Below, piece by piece: positions 1 to 11,149 of a stretch of DNA of 33,097 bases. Position numbers and translations under genes: made by a program. The stretch comes from Hyphochytrium catenoides (Eukaryota > Protista > Hyphochytriomycota). The stretch is from assembly GCA_900088475.1 (NCBI GenBank), contig FLMG01002157.1, positions 1-33,097 of the forward strand. The letters run 5' to 3'. The notes under the pieces were generated by a model. It was given only the letters and a program-made list of their open reading frames with translations. It had not been told where the DNA came from and searched no databases. How positions within the stretch are numbered: position 1 is the first letter of the stretch; every line of letters begins with the position of its first letter.

Positions 1-605
1 CGCCTTGTTCTCTCTCTCTCTCTGCAAGTGGCGGTACTCTTGGGAGGAAGGGAGGAGAGAGGTAGCCACACTTCTCGAGTCTTTTTCTCTCTCTTGCCGA
101 ACAAAGGAGAGGGAGAGAGGCGGAGAGAGAGAGTCGATGTTCTCTATAAACTCTTCGATAGACCAACCCGCAGCTGCCCTGTCTCCATTAAGTTCTACCA
201 AAACATCTCCTTTCTGGTCAAGGAAAGTGAGAGAGAGTGAGTGTGAGAAGAGTGTGTGTGTGTGTGACAGAGAGAGAGAGAGACTAAAATGTAAAAGGAA
301 GAGAGAACAGAGAGACAGAGACAAAGGAAGAGAGGCAGCCAAAGCGCTCTGGGACACGAAGATTAGAATTGACATAGACACCAAAAGAGATTGAGAGAGA
401 ATCGTAAGGATATAGTGGGAGCAGAAGAACAGAGACGGAGAGAGAGAGAGAAAGAGAGAGAAAGGGAGAGAGAGAAAAAGAGAGAGAGAGAGAAGAGAAA
501 GAGAGAGAGAGAGNNNNNNNNNNNNNNNNNNNNNNNNNNNNNNNNNNNNNNNNNNNGAGAGAGAGAGAGAGCGAGCGAGAGAGAGAGAGAAAGAGAGAGA
601 AAGAG

Positions 606-638
<33 letters not shown>

Positions 639-1269
639 GAGAGAGGGAGAGAGAGAGAAAGAGAGCGAGGCGACGTCCAAGAGGAGAGGAGAGGAGAGGG
701 AAGGGAAGATGAAAGATACGGGCCGGAAGTGAGCGAAGGCTGCTTGCTGTCAACGAGAGAAACGCGAGCAGCAGAAGAAAGGAGAGAGAGGGAAGAAAGA
801 AGACAGAGAGGGAAGGGACAAGACAGACAGACAGACAGACAGAGAGAGAAGAGAGAAGGGGGAGCGGGGAAGAGAGAGAGAGAGAGAGAGAGAGAAAGGA
901 GCGAAGAGAGGAGAGGCATTAGGGAAGAGAGAGAGAGACAGAAAGACCATCCATAGATTGTCGTATAAGAAGCAATAACCCTTGCTTTCTCTCCCCTCCT
1001 CCTATTAGCTCCCAGGTCTGGCCAAAGATAGTTACATAACTGATCTCGAGAATAGGCCTCATCTTAAATGACGTCCATAGACCGCTCAGAAGCACTAACA
1101 TAATACGCTGGCAGTACTAACTCATACCAAACTCTCTTGCTACGTAACCCCAAATATTCTCGTTCTTGTTCGGAGTTCATCATGATGATGGACAGGAGAT
1201 ACTTAGTTGCCTGCGCTGGTTCAGCATAGAGACTTTGAGGACGGGTAAGAAGATAAAAGACAACGAAAC

Positions 1270-1326
<57 letters not shown>

Positions 1327-1401
1327 CAGAGAGCTCATGGAAAAGAATAACATAAGCAAAGCCTATCAACCGTCCATTTATCTATATGTCACCTCGCACA
1401 T
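1..1401 (-). CDS. Partial multi-exon gene for a PDZ-domain protein (3' end runs off the window; true 5' end unresolved)
   Basis: Exon 213..1 (acceptor ccttgaccag) reads KGDVLVELNGDRAAAGWSIEEFIENIDSLSPPLSLSFVR, the C-terminal half of a PDZ fold. Phase-compatible upstream exons 1210-1128, 1039-948, 746-720 and 348-323 give ...WELIGGGERKQGLLLLIRQSMDASSLRSLPAQRFGCLSSF|KGDVL..., matching the PDZ betaB-betaC-alphaA pattern. Several donors are weak (GTCTTT, GTATCT, GTCTCT) and an N-gap lies in one intron. Confidence 0.55.
225..940 (+). repeat. Degenerate (GA)n/purine-rich microsatellite field with (GT)n and (GACA)n patches
   Basis: Directly visible. Intronic CT-rich tracts of the minus-strand PDZ gene. 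Source of the spurious ERERE/SLSLS ORFs. Confidence 0.9.
514..556. other. Assembly gap (N run) within a (GA)n tract
   Basis: Run of N. Confidence 1.
1274..1324 (+). repeat. Perfect (AG)n microsatellite
   Basis: About 25 AG units. Confidence 0.95.
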
Positions 1402-1956
1402 GTAGGAGAGCCGGGCAAGTTCCTTTAGTTTATTTCTTTTATAAAAAGAATACGCTTCAGATCTTGAAGCGTATTCCTCTTGAGCAGTTGGACCCTTCTC
1501 TTGCTTGCCTTGCGGCGTTTGAAGTTGATGATGATGACATTGTGGTCGACGATTCACCTCCCCCTCCTCCTCATTATACCCTTATTATCACTGAGGAGAT
1601 CAATTATGACTCTTCCTTTACTGATGATGAGTGTGGAGGAGATCAGGTTGAGGAGGAAGAGACCAAGGCGTTATAGCTTTCCTTGGTTCTTTTCTTTCTT
1701 CCTCATTTTCTTCTTCTTCTTCTCCTTCCTCCTTTTCTTCTTCTTCTTTCTTGATCTAATACAGAAAAAAAATAAAAAGCAGAAGGCGCGGCGTCCAATT
1801 CTTGGAAGGGGAAAAGAGTATTAGGAAGTCAAGAGAAGACGCCTGTTCAAGCATCGAGGTATCTTGACTTATTACTAGCTGCCTCTTGAGCCGATAGAGT
1901 CTGGCTGGAGAGGAGTGAGGGATCATCGCCTTGTCTAATTTTTCCTAACGATGTTT

Positions 1957-4900
1957 TTACGCTTTGAGGGCAAGGCTGGACCTGGGGTGCTTCTTTGAGA
2001 AGCCAATGACTCCTTCTAGCTCCCTCATGAGGCGTAGACAGAGCTCATCGCGCCAGGGACGCGTGACAATCTGCGCAGCAACAGGAAGTCCTGCGGCACC
2101 TTCCATCGCTCTGTTGGCCTCCGCCGTAAGTTTGTCCTGGTACTGGCATTCATAGCTTTATTCAGAGAGAGAGAGAGGAGGACGAAATTGTCAAGGTATG
2201 GCTACCATAAAGAGCAGTTTAGGGAATGGGAATCCCTAGAACGAGAGCAAAGCTTGAAGGGGAGAGAAGGAGAGAGAGAGAGTGAGACGGAGGGAGCCTT
2301 ACGTGCACTCATCCTCCTTGACCACTGTAACTGGGATGACTCCTGCCGGAAGGTCGAAGAGATTAAACGCCATTAGATAAGTTAGGCTTGGCGTCAGCAC
2401 TTCAAAGGCTCGATGCTTGGGAGCTGGTAAAGGATAAGCCTAGCAAAGGGCAAACGAAGGTTAGCCGTTCGGAGCCAGCAGTGGCGCGGAGGAAGGGCCA
2501 AAAGACTAGATAAGCGAACCCTAGGACTTTATGTGGCAGGAGGAATAACAGAGTCCAAGGAAAGAGGAGCTGGACCTCTGGGAACTGCAGAGGATAGAGC
2601 AAGAGCAGACTAGGGTGCATTAGCCGCAGCAAGAGATAAAGCATGCATTCTACTAGCCCACCGGCCGCGCGATCAGGTAAATGGATTAGCTGCAAGTGTC
2701 AGGAGGGAAGAGAAGGCACACACAGTCCACGGGAAAGATATAGATGCCACACCAGCACGGCGCAAAACCGAACGAAGGAGGCAAACGGAGATGTACATGA
2801 CCTACCGGACAGATAACAGCGTCAACATTTAGCTCGTCGAGGCGGTCCAAGAACTTTTGTTTAAGGTTGACTCTGTGCCTATTATAGTTCAGCAGGGAAT
2901 AGGCGGATTTCGCACTTGTGTGGGAGAGCAGCCAGGACAGACGGACCTTGCCTAGCGAGTCAGGGATGAGAGATGTTAGAGGTAACGTTGACACGTAAAT
3001 GCCCAGTGGATCAGCGCAAGCCTACGCAAAAAGGGAAGCGTCCCCAATCGAAAGCTATTGCTCAAGGCTGGCGACGAACATCAAGATGGCAGAAGGTGAA
3101 GCATTTCTAAAGTTCAAAAGGGACATCGCAAGGGACTTGTGATCCCACTTCCATGGTGCCCAAGGTAGAGAAAGCAGAAAATTTCAAAGCTGCATCTACT
3201 GACAAATCAGAATTAATGGAACTAAGACTAACGTGTGCCCGCATGAGCAGGTCAGTTGAAGCATTAGGGCCATGAGCGCGCCACTACCGTCAGGTGGCGG
3301 GAGAGCATGAGACATCATGAGAGACAGCCAGAGGGAACGACTGAGATAGAGAGAGAGAAGGAGAGAGAGCCAGAGAAAACGACTGAGGTAGAGAGAGAAA
3401 GAGAAAGGACGCACCAAAGAGGGAGAACAAGTGGGTGAGCGCCCATCGCACAACTGAAGGAAGATTGGCGCTGGCAACGATCAGTTTATATTGTGGAATG
3501 ACCTCCTCTCCCTCAAGAGCCTCCATGAGCCCTTTACCGCCATCTGCTGCCATTATTCCGTAGTAACAGCGAGCAACCTCCCATCCGTCCACCAGGGAAG
3601 GCACGTGAACGACCTCATGTCCAAGAGATTCAGCTGCTTTGACAGTCTCTTTCACTGAGAAGCAAAAGGAGGAATAGGTTCAATAAGATTGTTCCGAAAG
3701 GCGAAACAAGGTGAGAAGCGTTGCTACAACGGGACAATCGTCAGTAAAGGCTTAGCATGCGGAATTACGGAGAAAGAAGGACCAGTCGTCCAAAGCGGAA
3801 GGCTGCGATGGGCCCCGTGCCTGATGCTACTCAAAACAATGTCTACCTGCTCGAACTGAGGTTTTGGATGCAGGGAACCAGCCATCGTCATAATGGTAAG
3901 CAATCCGTAGCTTTCTCGTAGACGAAATCTCCTGCTGGTCGAAAGCTAAAGGAGGGATGGTCGAGTCTTCTCGATGGGCAGTGGAAGAGATGAGGACCCT
4001 CATTGCCAACACGCAGTCATCCACAGTCCTTAATATACAGAAGACAGAGTGGGAAGAAGAAGTTAGAGGTAAGGATAAGAAAGAGCGACAAGAAATGAAG
4101 CGATCAATGGGCACGGAGCCACCCAGTCGTACCTGGCGATGGGACCCGCCGTCGGGAGAATCAGTTTCTGACCTGTGCCTTCCCTACTGGGAGCTGCGAG
4201 GCCCTTTGAGGTGACTCTTAGCGGCGTGGGCTTGAACCCAACAACCCCACAGAAAGAGGCAGGTATTCTGATACTCCCACCGATATCAGTGCCGATAGCA
4301 AGTGGGACACCTCCGCCTGCAACGACCGCAGCGTCTCCTCCACTGCTCCCGCCACAGGTACGGGAGAGGTCCCAGGGGAGAGAAGAGACACCCCAGAGAT
4401 GACTAGCGGTCTCTGCGGTGAGGAGAAGCTGCGGGGCCGTTCCTTTGGAGAGAGGAATAGCTCCCTCGTCCTTCAAAAGACGTACCAAGAGTCCATCCTC
4501 TTCTGCAGGCTCCAGCGCCCGACATGCCATTCCCATTGTGGCGTCAGTGCCTGCGACAATGGCTTGATCCTAAAGTGGTGCATGAGAATGAGAAAGGAAG
4601 TGGATGCGGAAGGGCGGCGAGTGAGCGAGTGGGCCCCCGCAGACGGGAAGGTAAAATAAAGACGGGTCAAAGCCCACGACAGGATGGAGCAATCCCCAAG
4701 GCCAGACTGACAGACGAAAGGGCGCCAGGGATTCTTGCCTATGCGAAGGATAGAGTATAGAATCGGTGGAGCTGACGTTGGAGAACAGCGACGATGCGAA
4801 ATGAAGGATGATCCGGGCTATCATACCTTGACTGAGATAGGTACTCCCTCTAGTAGTCCTGTCCCACTTCGCCCCTGTTTCTTCTGTTCGTCCTTTTGCT

Positions 4901-5702
4901 TTGCTGCTTCCAATGCACTGTCAAACATCTCCTCGCTAACGCAGTTAAACTGCTCGGCGCATTTGTGGACAGACAGAGAGAGCGCAGAAACGACTCTCTC
5001 CGCCGTTAGTTCTCCGGACTTGATTTTCTTAGTGATATCCGCTGCTGAGAGGTGACTAAGCATCTCCTGCTCTTCCCTGCTGATAGACTCATGGAGATGC
5101 TCTCTCGCCCATTGAGCCTGAACACAAAGAGAGTCTGAGTAACGACATTCATGAAAGGAGAAGGGCCAGGCTCCAGAAAAGGGCAATCAGCCTCATAAGA
5201 GAATGGCAGGTGTCAGAAGGCAAAAGGAGAGATCAAGTATGCCAAAAGCTTATAGACAGAACCAAGAGACTGAGGAGAGAGAGAGAACGCTAAACCAAAG
5301 AGAAGGCAAGCACGCAAAGTAGGGAGAGGAAGATGATAAGAATGGCATGGAAGGCAACGCCGATGTAAGCCTGGCGATGTACTCTGATACTTTCACTAGA
5401 GTTAGGCCATGAGAAGAACCAGATGTAGAAAAGATGCCACCATTAAAATCAGGTAGCATTAGAGGCCAACGAGCTCCTAAAAGGCCACTTACCCATGCCT
5501 CTCTCTTCGTATCCCTTTCTTGTCTTTTCCTCCTTACTCTTTCTCTCATCAGCGCCCTACGTTCGCGATGGCCCAAGGCTCTCCATGCCTGGACTGCAAG
5601 GACTCCTCCCACCACCCCACTGGCAATCAAGGGGAGATAGAGGGAGGCGGTCGAGTAAGAAGAAGAGGAGAGAGACTCAGAGTAGGCGAGGATGGAACTC
5701 AT
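1957..5702 (-). CDS. FAAH: Fatty acid amide hydrolase-like amidase (amidase signature family), ~613 aa, 8 exons
   Basis: Exons 5702-5493, 5117-4827, 4569-4133, 4028-3847, 3654-3415, 2951-2806, 2439-2303, 2155-1957 total 1842 nt in frame, all GT-AG. N-terminal hydrophobic anchor LYLPLIASGVVGGVLAVQAW. Catalytic motifs GVPISVKD (Lys), GGSSGG and GTDIGGSIRIP (Ser). FNLFDLPAGVIPVT and C-terminal GLPVAAQIVTRPWRDELCLRLMRELE resemble FAAH1. Confidence 0.93.
3318..3402 (+). repeat. Imperfect ~42-bp tandem duplication in FAAH intron 5
   Basis: agccagagggaacgactgagatagagagag vs agccagagaaaacgactgaggtagagagag. Confidence 0.75.
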
Positions 5703-6122
5703 CCTATTCAGAACTCTGAGATTCTGCGTTGCTAATCCTTTAGAGTTCCTCTTTGCCTGCACCTCACAGCTACGTCAGACGCACTTCACCGCCTTGGTCT
5801 CCTTTCGCTCTGACTGAGCGTCTATTCTCCTGTACCTGAGCCTATCAGTACTCTTGGTCGCAATGACTCCAAGATTACCTCTGGCATCAGAAATCTCTGG
5901 AAGGTATCTGTCTGCAGACGTCTGAAGCTGATCTGCAGACCTTCATCAACAAATTAACACAGCGTCATTCTGTCTCTCACTCTATGCCATCATGATTGTG
6001 TGACTGCAATCCTCTGTCTCACCCTATTAGTAACCTTAGTTCCAGGCCTTGTCATCTAGGGGTACTCTGTCTCATCTACCCAAGTTTCACTCTGCCTAAG
6101 TCTTGATAAGTCAGTCAGCGGC

Positions 6123-6135
6123 CTCTGATTGGCTA
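6123..6135 (-). promoter_or_regulatory. CCAAT box (TAGCCAATCAGAG) upstream of FAAH
   Basis: Matches the NF-Y consensus. An identical 13-mer occurs at 19196-19208. Confidence 0.5.
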
Positions 6136-6553
6136 ACTTAGTAGCTCTTCAAGTCCATCCGCCAATCCAAACATTGGAAGACACACTCATCTGTATGAAT
6201 AACATGGACGAACGAACACTTGCCACCGAAAAGACGTGATGCTCTGTCACTGAAGCTCTGATGCCTCGTGAGCTGTTGAGCTCTAGGAAAGATGGCAGAG
6301 TGCGATAGAGATGATCGAGGCTTCGCCATTGGCCATCGCCGCGGAGCATTGCCTATAGAGCTAGCTGCAAGGTCTTCCGGGCCATGCAACCGATTAAAGC
6401 TGCCAAGAGGTCTTACGAGAGCAGGTGACGATGATGGTGGAGGAAAGTAACGGACGTCTTCGACAAAGAGCGGCAGGTCTCAAAGGCAGAAGTGTTGGCG
6501 TTACGGTTTGCTTTGCACTTACGTCACTGCCTTTGTGTCGACTCATTGAGTTC

Positions 6554-6613
6554 AAGAGTCACCTTATCCTCAAGAGTCACTGATTAAGAGTCACTCTCTC
6601 ATTGAACAGTCAC
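6554..6613 (+). repeat. Clustered direct repeats AAGAGTCAC x3 plus AACAGTCAC
   Basis: Copies at 6554-6562, 6572-6580, 6586-6594 and a variant at 6605-6613. Confidence 0.75.
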
Positions 6614-6871
6614 TATCTTTTCTCATCCTATCATTACAACAGACTTTGTCCTTCTCCATACATTTCTTTAGTACTATTGTACTTGCTTTCCTTCTTCCTC
6701 TGTTCTGTAGGATCTATCATAACTCATTCAGTAAAGCTTTCTCTCACCAAGACACAAGTGCACCTTAGCTAAGACTCTCGCTCACACTGAGCATCCTCTG
6801 CGCGTTCACCACTCCGCTGTCAAGAAGAAGGCGATAGAGATGGACTACCTAGCAAAAGTTTATTGATTTGT

Positions 6872-9800
6872 CTAATCTATCTTATCATCTATGTCTCCAG
6901 AGTGGCACATTGCCAGCCTATAAGCCTTATAGTCAACATAGTTCACATCGTCGTGCTCGAGCCACTGTAATACTGACCACATCCTCTCCCTCTCTCCTCG
7001 CTCTTGCCCATAGAATGGTAGCGCTCGGTGGTACATAATCCAGCACGTCGACGTGATATAAATAGCAAGGAAAACATCTATAGAATAGTGCAACCGGGTC
7101 CCGATAATAGCAAAAACACCGCAGGCGGAGCCTGCACGGATGCGACCACGAAGAGAATGGAGGGGGAAAGAGAGTCAGAGAGAGAAAGTCAGCATTTGGA
7201 CAGTAAGGCACGACGACAGAATACAAGGTGGTGACCAAAAGACAAGACTGAGACATAGATAGCCTTTTGCTGACACAGACTGTCAAAGGAGGAGAGCGAG
7301 GCAGGGTCAGGAAAGATGGGTAAGGCAACGAATAGAGTCAGGCCAACTAGCGAACATTGTTGAAGACGACCTTGGTATGAGCAGACGCTGTGGTGATTAC
7401 CTAAGTAGACGACATATCTCAAGTAGTAGACAATGGGCAAAGCCCGTGTGAAAGGAGTACTCAGCTGCTCCTTCCGGCAATACTAGGGACATTGGAAAGT
7501 GATGAGCGGAGCAGGCTTCAGAGATGAAAGAGACCAAGGGATATAAGGCGAAGCATTTGAAGCGAGACAAAATAACTGATGGGACAAGGCAAGAGGGTGA
7601 AGAATAAAACCCGAAAACGATAGGACTGGACCCTTTCAGCCAAGAGCAATATAAAAGGCACGAAGAGACCACAAGCGCCGACTACGAGACAGCCAAAGGG
7701 AGAAAGTCATAACTCACAGTGTGAAGCACTGCACAGCAGAGCACGAGGAAGACCGTGTGGCCACTGAAGACCATGTCTCCGCACGTGATGTGCACTGCAG
7801 GGTTCAGCATCACCTTAAGAGCGCGGTAGAAGGCACTGAAATAGAAACGTGAAGGTTTAGGTGACAGTGTTGCTTGCGCACGATAAGATTTGGAGCAACC
7901 GCACCCAGTGTTCTCCATTCCGCACTGCCCATTCTAAAGCCAGTTGGTTTTCCCGACATTTCTACTCTTCAATCTAGGACTAAGCTTGCTACCCGCTACT
8001 CTGCTTTCGCGTCGCAATCACTAGCTCGTTACTCACGCTGGGAAGATCGGCCGAGATTTGTATGCCCCGGTGGCTGGATTATTGAACTGGGTATAGCACC
8101 GGGGAGATGCATCAGGAAGAGACGTCATGGCTACAGTCATGGCCCTCAGGAGGTTTACAAAGCCGAAGATTGCCGTCACCCGCCGAATGATAAGGAGTCG
8201 CTGATAGGAACAGAGGGAGACATAGACGCCAAAGGGAAGAGGAAGTTGATGAACCTTGGAGCTAGCAAAAGAAGAGATAGAGATCGAAAGATAGTCAAGG
8301 GAGGTACGCCGTTGATGGCAACGTGCCATTACCCCCTAGGAAGAACCCAGGAGGGAAGGCTAAGCTAAGCGGGATAGGGAAGTTGCCTAGGAGAGAAGAC
8401 TCATAGACGATGTCGAAGGGAACGCTCTTTCTACCTTTGGATGCAACAAAGAGAAAAGCACCATGGTGATGCCCACATTGCCTATGAACCAGTCTGGAAG
8501 CCAATACCAATCGGATGGAGTGGGCGGGGAGGACAAATACATGGCGCCGACCCAGTCAAGAAAGTCGTGTCCAATGTCTGGCAGAGTACGCAGTTCTAGC
8601 TGCTTCCCGTCCAAATCTAGGAGAATGATGTTAGGCGTTCGCCAACTGAGGAACGGTTAAGAAGGGAGAGAGAGCAAGAGAGAGAGGTAGGGAAGGAGAG
8701 TTAGTGATTGCAGCAGACTGCGGGACAATACAAGGGAATGCTTAAGAGATCGAGCGCCTGGCCTTCAACGTACTTCCAATTAGAGGGAGACATCAGGCAC
8801 AAGGCAGCAAAGGACAATAGTTAATAGGTGGAGGCAATACAACCCAGACATGGCCAAGACCTACGATGTCAGACATTGGGAATCAAAGGGAAGACAGAGG
8901 AGTAAACGACTGGCCAAAGTCTAAAATGTATATCGAGATAGATACAGAGATACGGCCGAAGATTAAAACTAGAGCTTCATCGCAGAGACATATAACTGCC
9001 AACACGAACTCTTTTGACGGTTGCGGAAAGAAGAAAGTACCCTGCAATGACCGCGGCGAGAGTGTTCAAGTAGGATGCCACAGCAAAGAATGCAACGGCC
9101 GCAGCCAAGCGACTGAGATAAGCAGTGGATAGCATCTGCTCTACAAAGCCTTCTCGGTCTACGGATGGAAAGTGTAAGAGAAATAGAAGGGGCATAGGGC
9201 CAACACAGGGAGCAAGAAGACGATTTTAAAGATTCCAACAACGAACGATCATCCATAAGGAGGACGGCAGACAGGAGGACTGACCCGAGAGACGGACGGA
9301 AATACAAGGACGAAAGAGATATTCCCAGCAGGAAATGAGGCGTCTGGGAAGGGAAAGGAGAAGGGTTGCCGTACTAGCTCTGAAGACTATCATTTCCTTC
9401 ACGGACGCTTGGTCAAACTTCATTCCCAAGTTACGCTGGGCAGATACAGCCAATTCCCTTGCCTCGAATGCTTTCCGTTTGGCACTCTCCACCTGACAAC
9501 GAGGAACGTATAGGGGAAACAAGCCCAGAGGTTGAGAGTTAAGAAGCCAGAAAAACATGGGAAGTTGATCGCAGGAGGACGAACAAATGCGAGAGAAAGG
9601 GACCGAATGCAAAAGAAGAAGAAAGGTAAGAGGGAAGAGAGGCGAGGAAGAAGACCAAGAAAAGGGAGGGGAAAGGAAAATCTCGGGATATAGCTAAGAG
9701 GATGTGAGTCTCTAGACAAGGCTGCTGCCAGAGAGGCCAAGGAGCATGAGCAAGTCAGAACACCAGGACATCGATCAAAAGCCGCGAGGTTGGATGACCT

Positions 9801-10063
9801 ACCGCCTTTATCATTTGCCTCTGACTCTCTAGACTCTTCTCCTTGATTCTGTTCCAAGTCTGCTTGAAGAAAACCGCGATGATCAGCTGGAGCGCATAGC
9901 CCCCCACTAAGAACCCCGTGACCAGAATCAGGAGAGAGCCAGAAGGATCTAGAGCACTAGCTTCTTTCACACGGCCAGAGAACTGCCGGTACAGCCACGG
10001 GACAGTGGAGTTGAGCCATCTTTCTAGCTCAGTTTCACTTGATTTGTGATATGGAGAGTCCAT
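6872..10063 (-). CDS. Sphingomyelin synthase / inositol-phosphorylceramide synthase family enzyme (PAP2-like), ~443 aa, 8 exons
   Basis: Exons 10063-9803, 9492-9375, 9158-9041, 8645-8435, 8200-8037, 7835-7718, 7482-7401, 7131-6872 total 1332 nt in frame. All four family motifs are present: D1 LPDIGHD, D2 RR..FVNLLRAMTVAMTSLPD, D3 CGDMVFSGHT, D4 HYSIDVFLA. Multiple hydrophobic segments. Confidence 0.92.
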
Positions 10064-10774
10064 TATGAATGACAGGGAGCCGTTCGAGGCAGACCGACAA
10101 AAGTGTAGAAGAGAGGATGAAAGCAGAGAAGAACAAGTAGCAAGATAGAGTGTCGTGGCAGTTTGCCGAGTTTGCCAGAGTCAGCTAAGCGAAACCGGTC
10201 TGCGAGAGATGCAGAAGTGGCTAGAAGAGCACGCGAGATCAGGGACTAGACCGAACCACAGCCCTTTAACTTTGCTAAACGGACAGCGCCTAGAAGAGAA
10301 GAGAAGTGCTCTTCAGCAAGAAAAAATGTCTTGGCGGCCGGCATAAGCCTAGACTCTCCTCCCCGTCTTGTTCTCAACTTCTGTTAACTGCCTTCACATC
10401 GGACGCTGATTGTGCTGAAAGTCTTTGTCTCAGAGGAAAGGAAGGCTAACAGGAAGACTTGAAGATGGCCATGGCAAGAAAGACGAGAAGAGAGAGCGAG
10501 AGAGCGGAGTGAAGGGCACGAGAGAGAAAGAGAGACACGCAACATAGGACGAGTAGAGGAGATCTGATGCTGCCTCCGATGTGTCCTTTCCAATCTGCAG
10601 CATCAAACGCCATACGAGACAACCTCACCCTAGCCATATTCTGAATGTAACTCTTATCGTTTTGAATGAGAAGTGTATATTACATTGAAACCTTGTCGGA
10701 GGACAGCTTACTATTTCAGATATCTCGGAGAAGGGGTTCTTGCAGAAATTGATCCAGTACCCACATCCTCCTTT

Positions 10775-10920
10775 CTTCTCTCTCTCTCTCTCTCTCTCTC
10801 TCCCTCTCTCTTTCTCTCTCTCTCTCTCTCTTTCCTCTCTCTCTCTCTCTCTTCTCTGTCCCTCTCTCTCTCTTTTCTTTCTCTGTCTCTCTCGCCCTCT
10901 CTGTCTCTCTCTCTTTTCTT
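10775..10920 (+). repeat. (CT)n tract in the SMS/VPS60 divergent intergenic region
   Basis: Directly visible. Confidence 0.9.
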
Positions 10921-11149
10921 GTGTCTTACGTCCTTTCCTTGTGGAGCAGTCTTCGACTTGCAGTCATCTCTCTTTCCGTCGTCCTTCTTGTCCAGTATCT
11001 GTTGAGGCTACACATTGCAACCCAATAGAGCAATCCCCTGCCAGACAAAGAGCAGTCTCTGTCAACATCCGGTTGCTTTGGCAGTGGCGCTCATCTTGTT
11101 ATTGTTTGACTGAGCGCAGTCGAGTGTTAGTCTTTCTGAAGCGGGAAAG

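Noticed and set aside
5-956. Numerous ERERER / SLSLSL ORFs here and at 10.7-12.4, 14.3-15.8 and 30.9-32.6 kb
   Set aside because: Translations of (GA/TC)n microsatellites in introns or intergenic DNA.
6554-6613. CRISPR-like repeat-spacer array
   Set aside because: Repeats are only 9 bp with 5-10 bp spacers, the context is eukaryotic, and there are no cas genes.
7874-8368. 164-aa plus-strand ORF and similar antisense ORFs over FAAH, TBC and ceramidase exons
   Set aside because: Shadow ORFs antisense to well-supported exons, with no motifs of their own.
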